Origin: Nitrososphaerota archaeon | GTDB lineage: Archaea > Thermoproteota > Nitrososphaeria_A > Caldarchaeales > Calditenuaceae | Reading direction: 5' to 3' | NCBI GenBank assembly: GCA_038845265.1 | Contig: JAWBQR010000006.1 | Location: forward strand, 32,001 to 96,000 | Length of the DNA stretch: 64,000 bases | Shown here: piece by piece, positions 1-9,396 of the stretch | How positions within the stretch are numbered: the stretch's first letter is position 1 | Layout: every line of letters starts with the position of its first letter | Program-made: the position numbers and the translations under genes | The notes under the pieces: model-generated | Seen by the model: the letters and a program-made list of their open reading frames with translations, nothing else | Told to the model about the DNA's origin: nothing | Database searches by the model: none

Positions 1-1073
1 ATATACGATTCCCCAGGGGAGAGTCTCTCAATAGTCATCCTGCTTGTCGATGGCGAAAGTGTAGCTCCAATACTGCTGGATGTAAATTCTAATCTGATTT
101 TTCGCAGCGGCTCAGTGTTGTTTCCAAGCGAGACGATGAACGGTATCCTAACTATTACAGATGATTCACCTGTCTCATTCTTAAGGACAACCATGCTGCT
201 CGTCTGTGTCAGCTTAACCCTTAGTGGTAATGGTCTATCCACTTCCAGAACATTTGAACCACCGACCTTAACTACTACGTTTGAATCAACAATTACTCTT
301 ATCGGGCTCGGCAGGACGTTTGCCTCGCCTGTCCATCTATCTCCACTCCATTCCTGGCTGACAACGGATATTGTGTATACGCCTGGAGCCACATTGAAGA
401 CGAATAGGTCCTCTAGGTCGTCGATTCTTGAGGCCACCATCGCCTGCTCGGCGCTTCCCCTGCAGCCCTCTGTGAACTCTTCGCTGTTTAGTGAGACGCA
501 GCCATATACTTTGGTTGTTCTGGGGTCGGTCACCACGTTTACCCTCACTACGTATCTGTATCCGAGGCTCATGTTTGATAGCTGGACCATTAGTAGGTAG
601 GGAAGCCTATTCGGGCCTATTGATTCAGGGGTTACAAAGCTATTTCCCCGGAGAGTGGGCGCCCTAATCACAACTGTCTCGTACGGCTCGACATAGAAGT
701 TTATCGGCTCCATGATGTATTCGCCTGGAGCCAGTTTATACTGCCTGTCTACTCGCTGAAGCCCTATCCTAGTACTCTCTACGTAGAGTGTCGGGACGTT
801 TATCTCGATTGGCCCACGATTACCAATTATGAGGAATAACTGTCTTCTACCAAATGTGTCAAGTTCTGGAGGCTGGAGCGTGACTCTAATATCGAGCTTC
901 TCATTTAGTTTCTCAACCTCGAACTGCAGTCTCCTGGCCACCTCATCCATAAACAGTGTCTGAATGCTCTGCATAAAGACCCACATAGGAATCATCACGG
1001 TGAAGAAAATCATTATGGCTATAGCGGCACCAACTACTGCCGAGACTCCAGCTCTTCTCCTCCTATCCCTCAT
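1..1073 (-). CDS. Pilin-like/adhesin protein with class III (prepilin) signal peptide, 3'-truncated at window edge (>357 aa)
   Basis: Not in the ORF track because it has no stop in the window. Manual translation from ATG at 1073: MRDRRRRAG|VSAVVGAAIAIMIFFTVMIPMWVFMQ..., open to base 1. Basic leader, Gly, then hydrophobic helix. Starts 1 nt after the upstream stop. Confidence 0.8.
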   Translation of the reverse strand, partial: MRDRRRRAGVSAVVGAAIAIMIFFTVMIPMWVFMQSIQTLFMDEVARRLQFEVEKLNEKLDIRVTLQPPELDTFGRRQLFLIIGNRGPIEINVPTLYVESTRIGLQRVDRQYKLAPGEYIMEPINFYVEPYETVVIRAPTLRGNSFVTPESIGPNRLPYLLMVQLSNMSLGYRYVVRVNVVTDPRTTKVYGCVSLNSEEFTEGCRGSAEQAMVASRIDDLEDLFVFNVAPGVYTISVVSQEWSGDRWTGEANVLPSPIRVIVDSNVVVKVGGSNVLEVDRPLPLRVKLTQTSSMVVLKNETGESSVIVRIPFIVSLGNNTEPLRKIRLEFTSSSIGATLSPSTSRMTIERLSPGESY

Positions 1074-1074
1074 C

Positions 1075-1779
1075 TCATCCTGCCCCCTCCGTCTTTGTGA
1101 CAGTCGTCCTAGTTGTTACAGTGGTTGAGCCTGTGATTGTTGTTGTTGTGGTAGTTGTAATGGTCGTGCTGGATGGAGTGGTTATACTAGATACTATTGT
1201 AGTAGTAGTTGTTGTTGGATTAGCGATTGTCGTTGTAGTCGTTGTGGGGACGGTTGTTGATGTAACTCCTGAGACAGTGGTCGTTAATGTTATGGTAACT
1301 GTGGATGGAGTGTAAATTGTTGTGGAGCGAGTTATCCAAGATGTCGATGTAGTAGTCCGTCTAGTCAACAATGTTATGTAATAATTTACCGTACTAGTCG
1401 TGGTTCTACTAGTAGTGGTTGTAGTCGTTGCAGTGGTACGAGTAATAACAGTTGACGTTCCCGTCTTAGTGGTCGTAGTAGAGCTTAGTGTTCTTGTTAT
1501 TGTCGTGGTGGTTGTTCCAGACTTCACTGTCTGCGTGGAGGTAGTCGTGGTTGAGTAAGTATTGTAAGTAGTGTATGTCGATGTTACTGTAGTCGAGGTG
1601 GTGATTGTTCCGCCAGTAACTGTTTCTGTAGTTGTCTCCGTTACCCAAACAGTCTCTGTCAATGTCTCCGTCTCAGTGACGTAGACTATTCTCTGAGCGA
1701 GAACACTCGTGGCGCCGAACAATAAGACAACAAATATAGCGAGCATGCATATTCTCGCAAATAATTTATTTAGATCCAA
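1075..1779 (-). CDS. Secreted, extremely Thr-rich low-complexity protein
   Basis: Sec-type signal peptide (…FGATSVLA|QR) followed by ~200 aa that are roughly half Thr. TTG start with GGAGGTG upstream; overlaps the end of the upstream gene. Confidence 0.8.
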   Translation of the reverse strand: MDLNKLFARICMLAIFVVLLFGATSVLAQRIVYVTETETLTETVWVTETTTETVTGGTITTSTTVTSTYTTYNTYSTTTTSTQTVKSGTTTTTITRTLSSTTTTKTGTSTVITRTTATTTTTTSRTTTSTVNYYITLLTRRTTTSTSWITRSTTIYTPSTVTITLTTTVSGVTSTTVPTTTTTTIANPTTTTTTIVSSITTPSSTTITTTTTTTITGSTTVTTRTTVTKTEGAG

Positions 1780-3698
1780 TTATGCCACCTCCTTTTAACA
1801 AATCTCACTATTGGGTAAGTAAAGAAGGATGCAAGCGACAGATAGACAAATACAAGTCCAGTAGTGCCCCAATATCCAATCGGTGAGTAAGCGGCATCTT
1901 GTGGCAGATTAGCCCCACGAGGGGTCGGTGTAACTGTTGTCGTAACAGTGATGGTCACGGTTCTAGTAACACTTGTGTAAACGGTCGATGTAATCGTCCT
2001 AGTATATGTATATGTTGGTGAGTACCTGGTCGTTGTTGAAGTCGTGGTCATAGTAACAGTCGGGCTAATAATACTAATCGTAACTGTTGAAACAGGCCTA
2101 GATGTGTAAATAGACGTGTAAACAGTCACTGTTCTATACACAGTCACGGTCTGAGTAGGACTAGTTATCGTATATGTCAGTGTTGTTGTACGTGGAACGG
2201 TAGTCGTAATAGTAGTGGTGTAGCTCGTCGTTGTCAAAGTCCTAGTAGTCGTAGTCGTTTTCCAGCTCGTGATTGTTGATGTTCTCCAAATCGTACTCCT
2301 ACTAGTAGTAGTTGTGACTGGAGTAGTCCTTGTCGTGGTTGTCGTGGTCCAAGCAGTAAATGTACTAGTCGTGCTGGGAGTAGTAATAGTAGTAGTCGAG
2401 GTCAGAGTTGTTGTTGTCGGAGCAGTTGTAGAGACCGTAGACGTTGTTGTAGAAGTGACAGTCCTGGCTGGAAGCGTGGTCGTCGTAGTCAAGGTCGTGG
2501 TAGCAGTGGTCGTCGTAGTCACGGTAGTCGTCGTTGTCACGGTCACCACTGGAGTAACATCAGTCGTGGTAATTACTACCCAGCCGATATCAAGGATATT
2601 TACCGGACGACTAAGAACCAAGCTATACTGCTCAATAAACACTACCAGTCCTCCAAGACTAATTGTGACGTTTAATCTCCCAGTAGCCGCCACATTGCCG
2701 TAACAATCATAAATAGTGACGTCAAGCTGGTAATTACCTGAGTCGTAGTAACCAATGGATAATATCACTTCATCTACTCTAAAGTTCTCGAGGTCAACTC
2801 GAAGCTTCATATAATCAATAAAAGTGCCATAATCATTTGGATAATTCCAATGGGGAGGAATAACTGTCAGTGCAGGGTCAGGGGAGCTCAGAAGAACGTA
2901 AAGAGGAGGCTCCAGACCACTCTTATCAAGCGTCACATAGACCTCCTGCGGCAGCCTACCCACGACTTCTACCTCGCCATAAGCAGTGACGCCATTCTTA
3001 TCACGCACTTCAACACTTAGTGGAATTATCGGTAGCACGGTGCTCGAGTTCAATACTCTTAGCTTAATCACGTCAGCCATAGTGCCGAATTCATTTGTCT
3101 CCTTTGGGTCTACGACCTCGACTAATACCCAGTTCTCAGTCGGTATAACACAGCCACTAGAAAGTCCATATGACGGGGGATCTGCCTTAAAACTCTCAAC
3201 CTTGAATAATACAGTCTCATAGTCAGGTTTAATAAGCCTGGGGTCAGAGGGGTTGAAGAGATCAGCAGGGACATAGTGTACCTGAACTATAATAGGGTCA
3301 CCCTCTCTACAGAGACTAGCAGGACAAACAAACTCATATTGCTGGTATTGACCGACGTCCAGACGCATCAGCTCCTCTATTCCAGTATCATGCACGATCG
3401 TGCCATTCCTAATAGTAAGTGTACGGAAAACAACGATCGGAACAGAACCAACGTTCCTAAGCATCATCAATCCTCTGCCACCGCCAACATGTACTTTGTC
3501 TGGAAAATAGACATAATCGGCACTGATCTTTGACCTAAGAACTAGTGCCTGTTCACTCACTTTTTCGATTTTTTCTTGTCGCCAGATTCCGGCATAACTT
3601 GAGAGGAAAGCCCAGAGACCTATGCCGGCAGAAAGGACAAGGGCAAGAATAATAACCGTGGCCAGTATATCGCTGTAGCCATGGTTATTTCGCGTCAT
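1770..3698 (-). CDS. Pilin-like adhesin with Thr-rich stalk and C-terminal membrane anchor
   Basis: Class III-like N-terminus (NNHG|YSDILATVIILALVL), beta-rich Cys-containing domains, ~210 aa Thr-rich tract, C-terminal TM helix plus KRR. Confidence 0.8.
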   Translation of the reverse strand: MTRNNHGYSDILATVIILALVLSAGIGLWAFLSSYAGIWRQEKIEKVSEQALVLRSKISADYVYFPDKVHVGGGRGLMMLRNVGSVPIVVFRTLTIRNGTIVHDTGIEELMRLDVGQYQQYEFVCPASLCREGDPIIVQVHYVPADLFNPSDPRLIKPDYETVLFKVESFKADPPSYGLSSGCVIPTENWVLVEVVDPKETNEFGTMADVIKLRVLNSSTVLPIIPLSVEVRDKNGVTAYGEVEVVGRLPQEVYVTLDKSGLEPPLYVLLSSPDPALTVIPPHWNYPNDYGTFIDYMKLRVDLENFRVDEVILSIGYYDSGNYQLDVTIYDCYGNVAATGRLNVTISLGGLVVFIEQYSLVLSRPVNILDIGWVVITTTDVTPVVTVTTTTTVTTTTTATTTLTTTTTLPARTVTSTTTSTVSTTAPTTTTLTSTTTITTPSTTSTFTAWTTTTTTRTTPVTTTTSRSTIWRTSTITSWKTTTTTRTLTTTSYTTTITTTVPRTTTLTYTITSPTQTVTVYRTVTVYTSIYTSRPVSTVTISIISPTVTMTTTSTTTRYSPTYTYTRTITSTVYTSVTRTVTITVTTTVTPTPRGANLPQDAAYSPIGYWGTTGLVFVYLSLASFFTYPIVRFVKRRWHNWI

Positions 3699-4843
3699 GC
3701 TTCCTCAATCCTCACTTCGACTTTATACACATTCTCCATTCCTACCGCGGGACTAATATCGATAAACACAGAGTCAGAGTATATCCCAGTCGGGAAATTA
3801 ACTGTGACGCTTCCCTGACCAACCGCCATATCTCGGCAATCATAAATCGTGACCACTACTCTATATCTACCACCAACTGCATCATTTACACCCAGTTCAA
3901 CCTCCACTACATCTACAAATTTCTCTGCATCATACCAAAGCGTAACGCCAGATACGTGTGCCTTCCCCGGCAATCCTCCTATAATCCATTCACGCTGTAT
4001 AACGTCAAAACCCGTAGCGCTGATCTCGATGATTAGGGGCACCTGAAATCCACTGAATGGACCAGTAAAGCTCTGAAGAGAATTACTTATACTCTTAATA
4101 TAAGTCGAGGCGTATGCGACTTCGCCGCTTGAATTAGTGACCCTGATAGTAGCATCAACATCTGCTAGTGATGATGCCATCGGTGTTCTTATGTATATCT
4201 TGTTGAATGGAGGCCCAGGTATCTTTCCACTGCTAAAGTAGGTAACGGGGTCAACAATGTTGACCATCATCCAATTCTCAGGCAATGGACATACAGAAAC
4301 TACTCCACTCTCAGGAAATACGAAAAGTGTCTCCGAGAACCTCATCTCATCAACAGAGATCTGCGGATTACTTTCATCAAATAATGAGGAGGCAATATAC
4401 CAAATCCGCATTCTAAGTCTTTCTTTTGATTGACATGTGGGGCATGGCGGTACAAGGTCAGGACCAAGCACAGCGGCTTGGCCAGGCTCCACCCTAGTCA
4501 AGTTATCGTACCCAATACCCGTAACTGGTCTATAATCCCTAATTTGGCCATCCATTGAGACAATTTCTATCCGCGTAATTGTGAGCGGCACCCTAGCGAT
4601 GTTCCTTACAGTAACGGAGCGCCACGTAGATGTATAATTAACAAACTCAAAAGAAAGCTGAGAAGAAGTCTTGATGAGCAAAATATCTCTATTTACATTT
4701 TTAGTTAAGTCATAGAGCGAGACGCCGAACCATCCCGTAGCAAAACCCCAAACCACTATGCCCAACGCTACCGTTGCACTAGCAAGTATAATAGCACCAA
4801 GGACAGTATCGCCAGATTTCCTTTTAGTTTTCATTCTCCCCAT
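3695..4843 (-). CDS. Pilin-like protein, paralog of the N-terminal half of 1770-3698
   Basis: Basic leader KTKRKS followed by GDTVLGAIILASATVALG. Shares blocks with its neighbour (CPLPENWMMVNIVDP vs CVIPTENWVLVEVVDP; IYDCRD vs IYDCYG). ATGA stop/start overlap. Confidence 0.75.
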   Translation of the reverse strand: MGRMKTKRKSGDTVLGAIILASATVALGIVVWGFATGWFGVSLYDLTKNVNRDILLIKTSSQLSFEFVNYTSTWRSVTVRNIARVPLTITRIEIVSMDGQIRDYRPVTGIGYDNLTRVEPGQAAVLGPDLVPPCPTCQSKERLRMRIWYIASSLFDESNPQISVDEMRFSETLFVFPESGVVSVCPLPENWMMVNIVDPVTYFSSGKIPGPPFNKIYIRTPMASSLADVDATIRVTNSSGEVAYASTYIKSISNSLQSFTGPFSGFQVPLIIEISATGFDVIQREWIIGGLPGKAHVSGVTLWYDAEKFVDVVEVELGVNDAVGGRYRVVVTIYDCRDMAVGQGSVTVNFPTGIYSDSVFIDISPAVGMENVYKVEVRIEEA

Positions 4844-5066
4844 GAATAGTTAACTCTTGCTTTAAGTAATTACCGGAAATATTTAAATATTTAATAATCG
4901 AATAAAAATCGAGTACGTATCTTCCAAAAACTTTCAATAAGAAAATTGCAAAAAACAATATATGATAATTTGTAACATTGTTTTTGGCCACTTGTTAATA
5001 TGTTTTAAAAACATTTTAATATAGCCCGGCCCAAAGATAATAATAGTCGTTGAGGAAGGGGAAAGA

Positions 5067-6773
5067 TTGAATATTCTAAGGCTACTCACAAGAATTCTAA
5101 TCATCGCCGCAATAGCATTTGTATTTTGGTTTGTCGGAGGAGAGTTATTTTATTCAACTTTAAGCGGAATAATGCCACCAAGAGACTTCACTACAATTTT
5201 AGTAGTAGATATAATTATTGGAATAATTTTGGGAATAGTTTATGGAATAGTGCTCATAAAGATTTTACCCGGCTTACTACCATATCTATCAGGGACAATA
5301 ATAGGAGCCTTCGCATCATTAGCAATCTCAACTAATATCGGCTCAATTGCAAACCCTCTGACTAAAGTTGTTGGAATCATATTCTTCCTAGCTCCCGGCG
5401 CAATACTCAACATGCTAGTAATCTCGAAGCTAAGATCAAGAGCTGCTACGACGCGGGCTCCCACCCCTGAGACACCTAAACCATCAATGACAGAGACGGC
5501 AAAAGCCGAGACCTCTCCGCAATCTACGCAGACGTCGCCTCAAGAACAACTAACCAAACCAGCAGAAGAAAAGCCCCAGGAAATTGGCCCAGAGCATCCA
5601 CTCACCTCCGTCTCCGGGTCGGAAAAACAATTAGTAGAGCAGCCCAAAGTCCCTGCCCAACAAAACACGACCATGAGTGCTCCCGAACAAGAAATAAAGC
5701 CTAAAAGCGAGCATGAGATAATAACAGAGGACAAAGGGGAGTATTTGGTTCAGGAGATTCCAGAAGAAAAGATAGTAACTCCAATAACAGATGAAGATTT
5801 AGAGGAAAAAATCTTAGAGGTCATTGAAAAAGAAGGATTAACGGAAATAGTCCCGCTGCCAAGTAACCTATCGCCAGAGGGAGGATTTTATCCAGATATA
5901 GAAGAGAAGGTAGGCATAGAAACCTCAAAACTGCTCTCAGTCTTTAAGTCGCTTACGGATCGAGGAATACTTAAGCAGTCAGGAGTGGAATTTAAGAAGA
6001 TTGTCTGTCCAAGATGTCTGAGTGCATTGAATATAATCAATATAGGATGTCCCTTCTGCAAGTCAATCAACATTGCTAGGCAGAGAATTCTCCAGCACGA
6101 GTCATGCGGCTTCCTAGGACCGGAAGAAAGATTCACGGAGAGTGGAAAAACAATCTGCCCAAGATGTGGCGCTGAGGTTGAAATAATCAGAGGACAGAGC
6201 GAAGAAGTAGGCAAAGAGATATTAAAGGTCCATTCTACACTCTTTACATGCTATAATTGCAATGAAGTAAGCACAGAGCCCTATGTATCCTTCCGATGCC
6301 TCACCTGCGGAATGATATACGATCTCGTCACTTTTGAATCTAAAAGTTTTTACAGATATTCGGTAAATCTAGATGCGCTCTATAAAGCATTAGAGCTAAA
6401 GAAGCCAATAAAAATAATTGTCGAAGAGATGAGCAAGAGAGGAATAGAAGTTCAACAGCAAGTAATGATAACAGGCGCATCTAAAGTGCCGCACAAAGTA
6501 AATCTATTATTCCGGAAGGATGGGAAAGTCATTGGGGGTGCGATACTGATTACGGATAAAGGCGAATCCCATCTCCACGAGATTATGCGCGTACTAGTGC
6601 TCAGAACAGATGCAGGCATCAAGAATCTATATGTATTGAGCTACTATAAGCTTGATGATGATGCGAGAAAGCTCGCACAGTTCAACGAGATACCAGTCAT
6701 AGAGGATGTATTAAGCAAAGATGCGGCTAATGAAATATTACCTAGGATGCTAAAATCAATTCTGGAGCAATAA
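5067..6773 (+). CDS. Membrane protein with TackOD1-like multi-zinc-ribbon domain and C-terminal degenerate restriction-endonuclease-like domain
   Basis: About 4 N-terminal TM helices, P/E/Q linker, wHTH-like segment, CPRC..CPFC..HESCG..CPRCG..CYNC..CLTCG, then ITGASKVPHKVNLL (resembles the GxSGxxHxxD motif). Confidence 0.7.
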   Translation: MNILRLLTRILIIAAIAFVFWFVGGELFYSTLSGIMPPRDFTTILVVDIIIGIILGIVYGIVLIKILPGLLPYLSGTIIGAFASLAISTNIGSIANPLTKVVGIIFFLAPGAILNMLVISKLRSRAATTRAPTPETPKPSMTETAKAETSPQSTQTSPQEQLTKPAEEKPQEIGPEHPLTSVSGSEKQLVEQPKVPAQQNTTMSAPEQEIKPKSEHEIITEDKGEYLVQEIPEEKIVTPITDEDLEEKILEVIEKEGLTEIVPLPSNLSPEGGFYPDIEEKVGIETSKLLSVFKSLTDRGILKQSGVEFKKIVCPRCLSALNIINIGCPFCKSINIARQRILQHESCGFLGPEERFTESGKTICPRCGAEVEIIRGQSEEVGKEILKVHSTLFTCYNCNEVSTEPYVSFRCLTCGMIYDLVTFESKSFYRYSVNLDALYKALELKKPIKIIVEEMSKRGIEVQQQVMITGASKVPHKVNLLFRKDGKVIGGAILITDKGESHLHEIMRVLVLRTDAGIKNLYVLSYYKLDDDARKLAQFNEIPVIEDVLSKDAANEILPRMLKSILEQ

Positions 6774-6777
6774 GTAG

Positions 6778-7155
6778 TCACAGATTTAGGTGAATCTTCC
6801 CTACTCTGTTTACATAGATATACCTACATCCTGTCTCCCGCAACTTTCTAGACATTTCAAAATCCGAAGTGACAACTAACAAATTCGTATTTTTCGATAG
6901 TTTAACCAGTTGCTCATCAGTACTAGCATCGATACCGGCATCGATTATTTTCATCCCTAATGAAATCTTAAGTGCTGTTTTTGCGTAAAGAGCTCTTTTT
7001 CCTTTTTGTTTGGATAGTTTTACAAGTTCGTCAATTACGCTCTTAAGTATTATTGGTTCTAGGCAGTCATTTAGTTTATCCTCTATCATGGAGATTATGT
7101 TTCTCCCTTTTTCTGCCATAAGCATTAGAAAACTTGTGTCTATTAGTGCTTCCAA
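6778..7155 (-). CDS. PIN-domain ribonuclease (Fcf1/Utp24-like)
   Basis: LIDTSFL…VIDEL…TDEQL…VVTSD PIN motifs; conserved position directly after aIF2-gamma. Confidence 0.85.
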   Translation of the reverse strand: MEALIDTSFLMLMAEKGRNIISMIEDKLNDCLEPIILKSVIDELVKLSKQKGKRALYAKTALKISLGMKIIDAGIDASTDEQLVKLSKNTNLLVVTSDFEMSRKLRETGCRYIYVNRVGKIHLNL

Positions 7156-7159
7156 GACC

Positions 7160-8407
7160 TTACTGCACTATCTTTCCATATCCTATAAGTCTCCATCCGG
7201 CTCCTATTCTCCTACTGATAGTTACCTTGTCTCCGGGCTTTGCGCATATCGGCTTACTTAGCTCGACAGTAAGAATCTCTGATGTTCTCTTAACGACTAC
7301 GCAGCTAGTCACCGCTGAGTAAATATTGATCACTAGTGGTTCTTTTTCAGATATAGGCTTTACCTCCATCTCCCCCTCAACGCCCACAACTTTCTTAAAT
7401 AATGTATAACTTATCTGAAGGCTCCGCCACACTGGTGGTAGCGTACCAGGTCTTCCTGCTATATTTCCAGCCATCGAGTCTGCCTTTGTGAAGGAGGGGT
7501 CGATTCCTGTCTCTATTCCGACGAGTCCTCCGCTCATCGCTTCGTCTACTGCTTTGCCGCCCGCCCTGATACTTCTGACAGTGGTATATATTGGCTCGTA
7601 GGGGGATCTTGGATCATTTTCCTTGACGGGCAGGCCAGGCGCTATTTCTATCTCGTCGCCAATTTTTACCTTACCCTGAATTATTGAGCCACCTATCACT
7701 CCTCCGCTAATCTTACTTGCAAGTGTACCTGGGAGATTTACGTCAAAAGATCTTAAAACGGGCATCTGGAAAGGCTTCTGCAGTTCTCTAGGTGGGGTAG
7801 GCATTGTCTTCTCCATGGCGTATATTAGGGTCTCAATTCCCAGCGCATGCTGCGCTGAGACGGGAATTATAGGCGAATCAGCAAATGGTGTATCAGCAAC
7901 ATAGCTCTTTACTTCTTCATAATTTTCCAGTGCTCTTTCACGCGTAATCAAATCAACCTTATTCTGAACAAAGATTAGATTCTTTACTCCCATGATTTTT
8001 GCGGCTTCGAAATGTTCCCTATCCTGAGGTTGAGGAAACTTTTGCCTAGCGTCTATAACGAAAAGTGCACCATCAAAGAGAGCGGCGCCACTAAGCATCG
8101 TTATCATCAATGAATGATGTCCAGGACAATCAATAAAAGAGACAGCCCTTACGAATCTTGTCTCAACTCCATGACGTGGACAAACTTCAGATAACTTATA
8201 GTTGAATGGCTCCTCACACAGCGGGCACTCATAAACAGCCATGTCTGCATATCCAATACGTATCGTAATTCCTCGCTTCAGTTCTTCACTATGCCTAGCA
8301 GTCCATATGCCTGTCAAGGCCTGGACAAGCGTCGACTTTCCGTTATCTACGTGCCCCAATGTACCGATGTTAATCTCGGGCTGTCTCGGCAGCGGCTTGC
8401 TACTCAT
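7160..8407 (-). CDS. eif2g: Translation initiation factor 2 gamma subunit (aIF2-gamma)
   Basis: QPEINIGTLGHVDNGKST, RGITIRIGYA, zinc knuckle, DCPGH, NKVD, RRIGAGWRLIGYG. Confidence 0.97.
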   Translation of the reverse strand: MSSKPLPRQPEINIGTLGHVDNGKSTLVQALTGIWTARHSEELKRGITIRIGYADMAVYECPLCEEPFNYKLSEVCPRHGVETRFVRAVSFIDCPGHHSLMITMLSGAALFDGALFVIDARQKFPQPQDREHFEAAKIMGVKNLIFVQNKVDLITRERALENYEEVKSYVADTPFADSPIIPVSAQHALGIETLIYAMEKTMPTPPRELQKPFQMPVLRSFDVNLPGTLASKISGGVIGGSIIQGKVKIGDEIEIAPGLPVKENDPRSPYEPIYTTVRSIRAGGKAVDEAMSGGLVGIETGIDPSFTKADSMAGNIAGRPGTLPPVWRSLQISYTLFKKVVGVEGEMEVKPISEKEPLVINIYSAVTSCVVVKRTSEILTVELSKPICAKPGDKVTISRRIGAGWRLIGYGKIVQ

Positions 8408-8525
8408 CTATCGCTTCTGTGATACATGTTGTTTATATAGGTTGAATTTGGGCTCACCTGCGAAATACCCAATGGATGAGAAGCGGCAGAATGATATATA
8501 GGATGGGAATTCCTCTTTCCTTGTC

Positions 8526-8951
8526 ATGGAGAAGCTTGAGAAGACTTTTGTCCTACTTAAGCCGAGTTGCATAGAGAGAGGGTTCATAGGCGAAGTAATA
8601 ACAAGATTTGAGAAGAAGGGGTTCGCAATAAAGGGGCTGAAGATGCTCGAGATGAAAAGAGAAATGGCCGAGCGTCTCTACGAAGTCCATAAAGGCAAAG
8701 AATTCTATGATAAACTCATCAAAACCGTCACGGGCAGAAGAGTAGTCGCAATTTTACTTGAAGGTAGAAATGCGGTAACAGTTGTGAGGAAAATGGTAGG
8801 TGCAACAGATCCTGCAAATGCGGAGCCTGGAACTATAAGAGGCGATTTGGGCCTTGACGTCACTGACAATATTATTCACGCATCCGACAGTGTAGAGTCT
8901 TTTCAGAGAGAGGCTAGAATATTTTTTGAAGAATCGGAAATTCTTTGCTAG
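8526..8951 (+). CDS. ndk: Nucleoside-diphosphate kinase
   Basis: TFVLLKP, GATDP..A.PGTIRGD, NIIHASDS (catalytic His). Confidence 0.97.
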   Translation: MEKLEKTFVLLKPSCIERGFIGEVITRFEKKGFAIKGLKMLEMKREMAERLYEVHKGKEFYDKLIKTVTGRRVVAILLEGRNAVTVVRKMVGATDPANAEPGTIRGDLGLDVTDNIIHASDSVESFQREARIFFEESEILC

Positions 8952-9139
8952 GCCCTCCTCTCCTGACCATAGTAAGTAGTCCACTTAATTTTTCTTGAGT
9001 CTTTCTTATGCTCAAGCATGAATATTCTGCATCTCCTACTGCAGAACCAATGTAAAGTTCCGTCTCTCTTTACGAAGAGCATTCCAGTACCATGCAAAAA
9101 TTCTTTACCGCAGAATGAGCATTTATGCATCGTCGGCAT
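8948..9139 (-). CDS. rpl24e: 50S ribosomal protein L24e
   Basis: CSFCG…GTGMLFVKRDG…FCSRRC…KWT. Confidence 0.96.
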   Translation of the reverse strand: MPTMHKCSFCGKEFLHGTGMLFVKRDGTLHWFCSRRCRIFMLEHKKDSRKIKWTTYYGQERRA

Positions 9140-9160
9140 TGATTTTTCCCTCAGTTATCA

Positions 9161-9394
9161 CTACTTGATTTTTTCAGCCTCCCTTTCAGTGTCAAGAAGA
9201 ATGAGAATGTCTCCCAATCTCACTGGACCCTTTACGTTTCTACTAATGACTCTTCCCTTATCTTTGCCCTCCAGTATCCTAACTCTTACTTGTGTTACGT
9301 CGCCTCTAACTCCTGTCCTACCAACTATCTGCACAACCTCTGCAGGCACCGGCTCCTCTACTTTCGCCTGTTGTTTAGATGCCTGCTGACTCAT
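9161..9394 (-). CDS. rps28e: 30S ribosomal protein S28e
   Basis: [14 protein letters not shown]…[20 protein letters not shown]. Confidence 0.97.
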   Translation of the reverse strand: MSQQASKQQAKVEEPVPAEVVQIVGRTGVRGDVTQVRVRILEGKDKGRVISRNVKGPVRLGDILILLDTEREAEKIK

Positions 9395-9396
9395 TG

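Noticed and set aside
115-600. 161-aa plus-strand ORF
   Set aside because: Lies antisense to the longer pilin-like frame 1-1073, which fits the operon
1080-2560. Thr tracts as tandem repeats or a CRISPR-like array
   Set aside because: No fixed repeat unit or repeat-spacer periodicity; degenerate codon usage only
1097-2703. Val-rich plus-strand ORFs (1097-1315, 2269-2703)
   Set aside because: Antisense shadows of poly-Thr codons (ACN read as GTN/NGT); no independent coding evidence
4877-5014. AT-only palindromes AAATATTTAAATATTT and ATGTTTTAAAAACAT in the divergent promoter
   Set aside because: Expected by chance in very AT-rich DNA and they overlap likely TATA boxes
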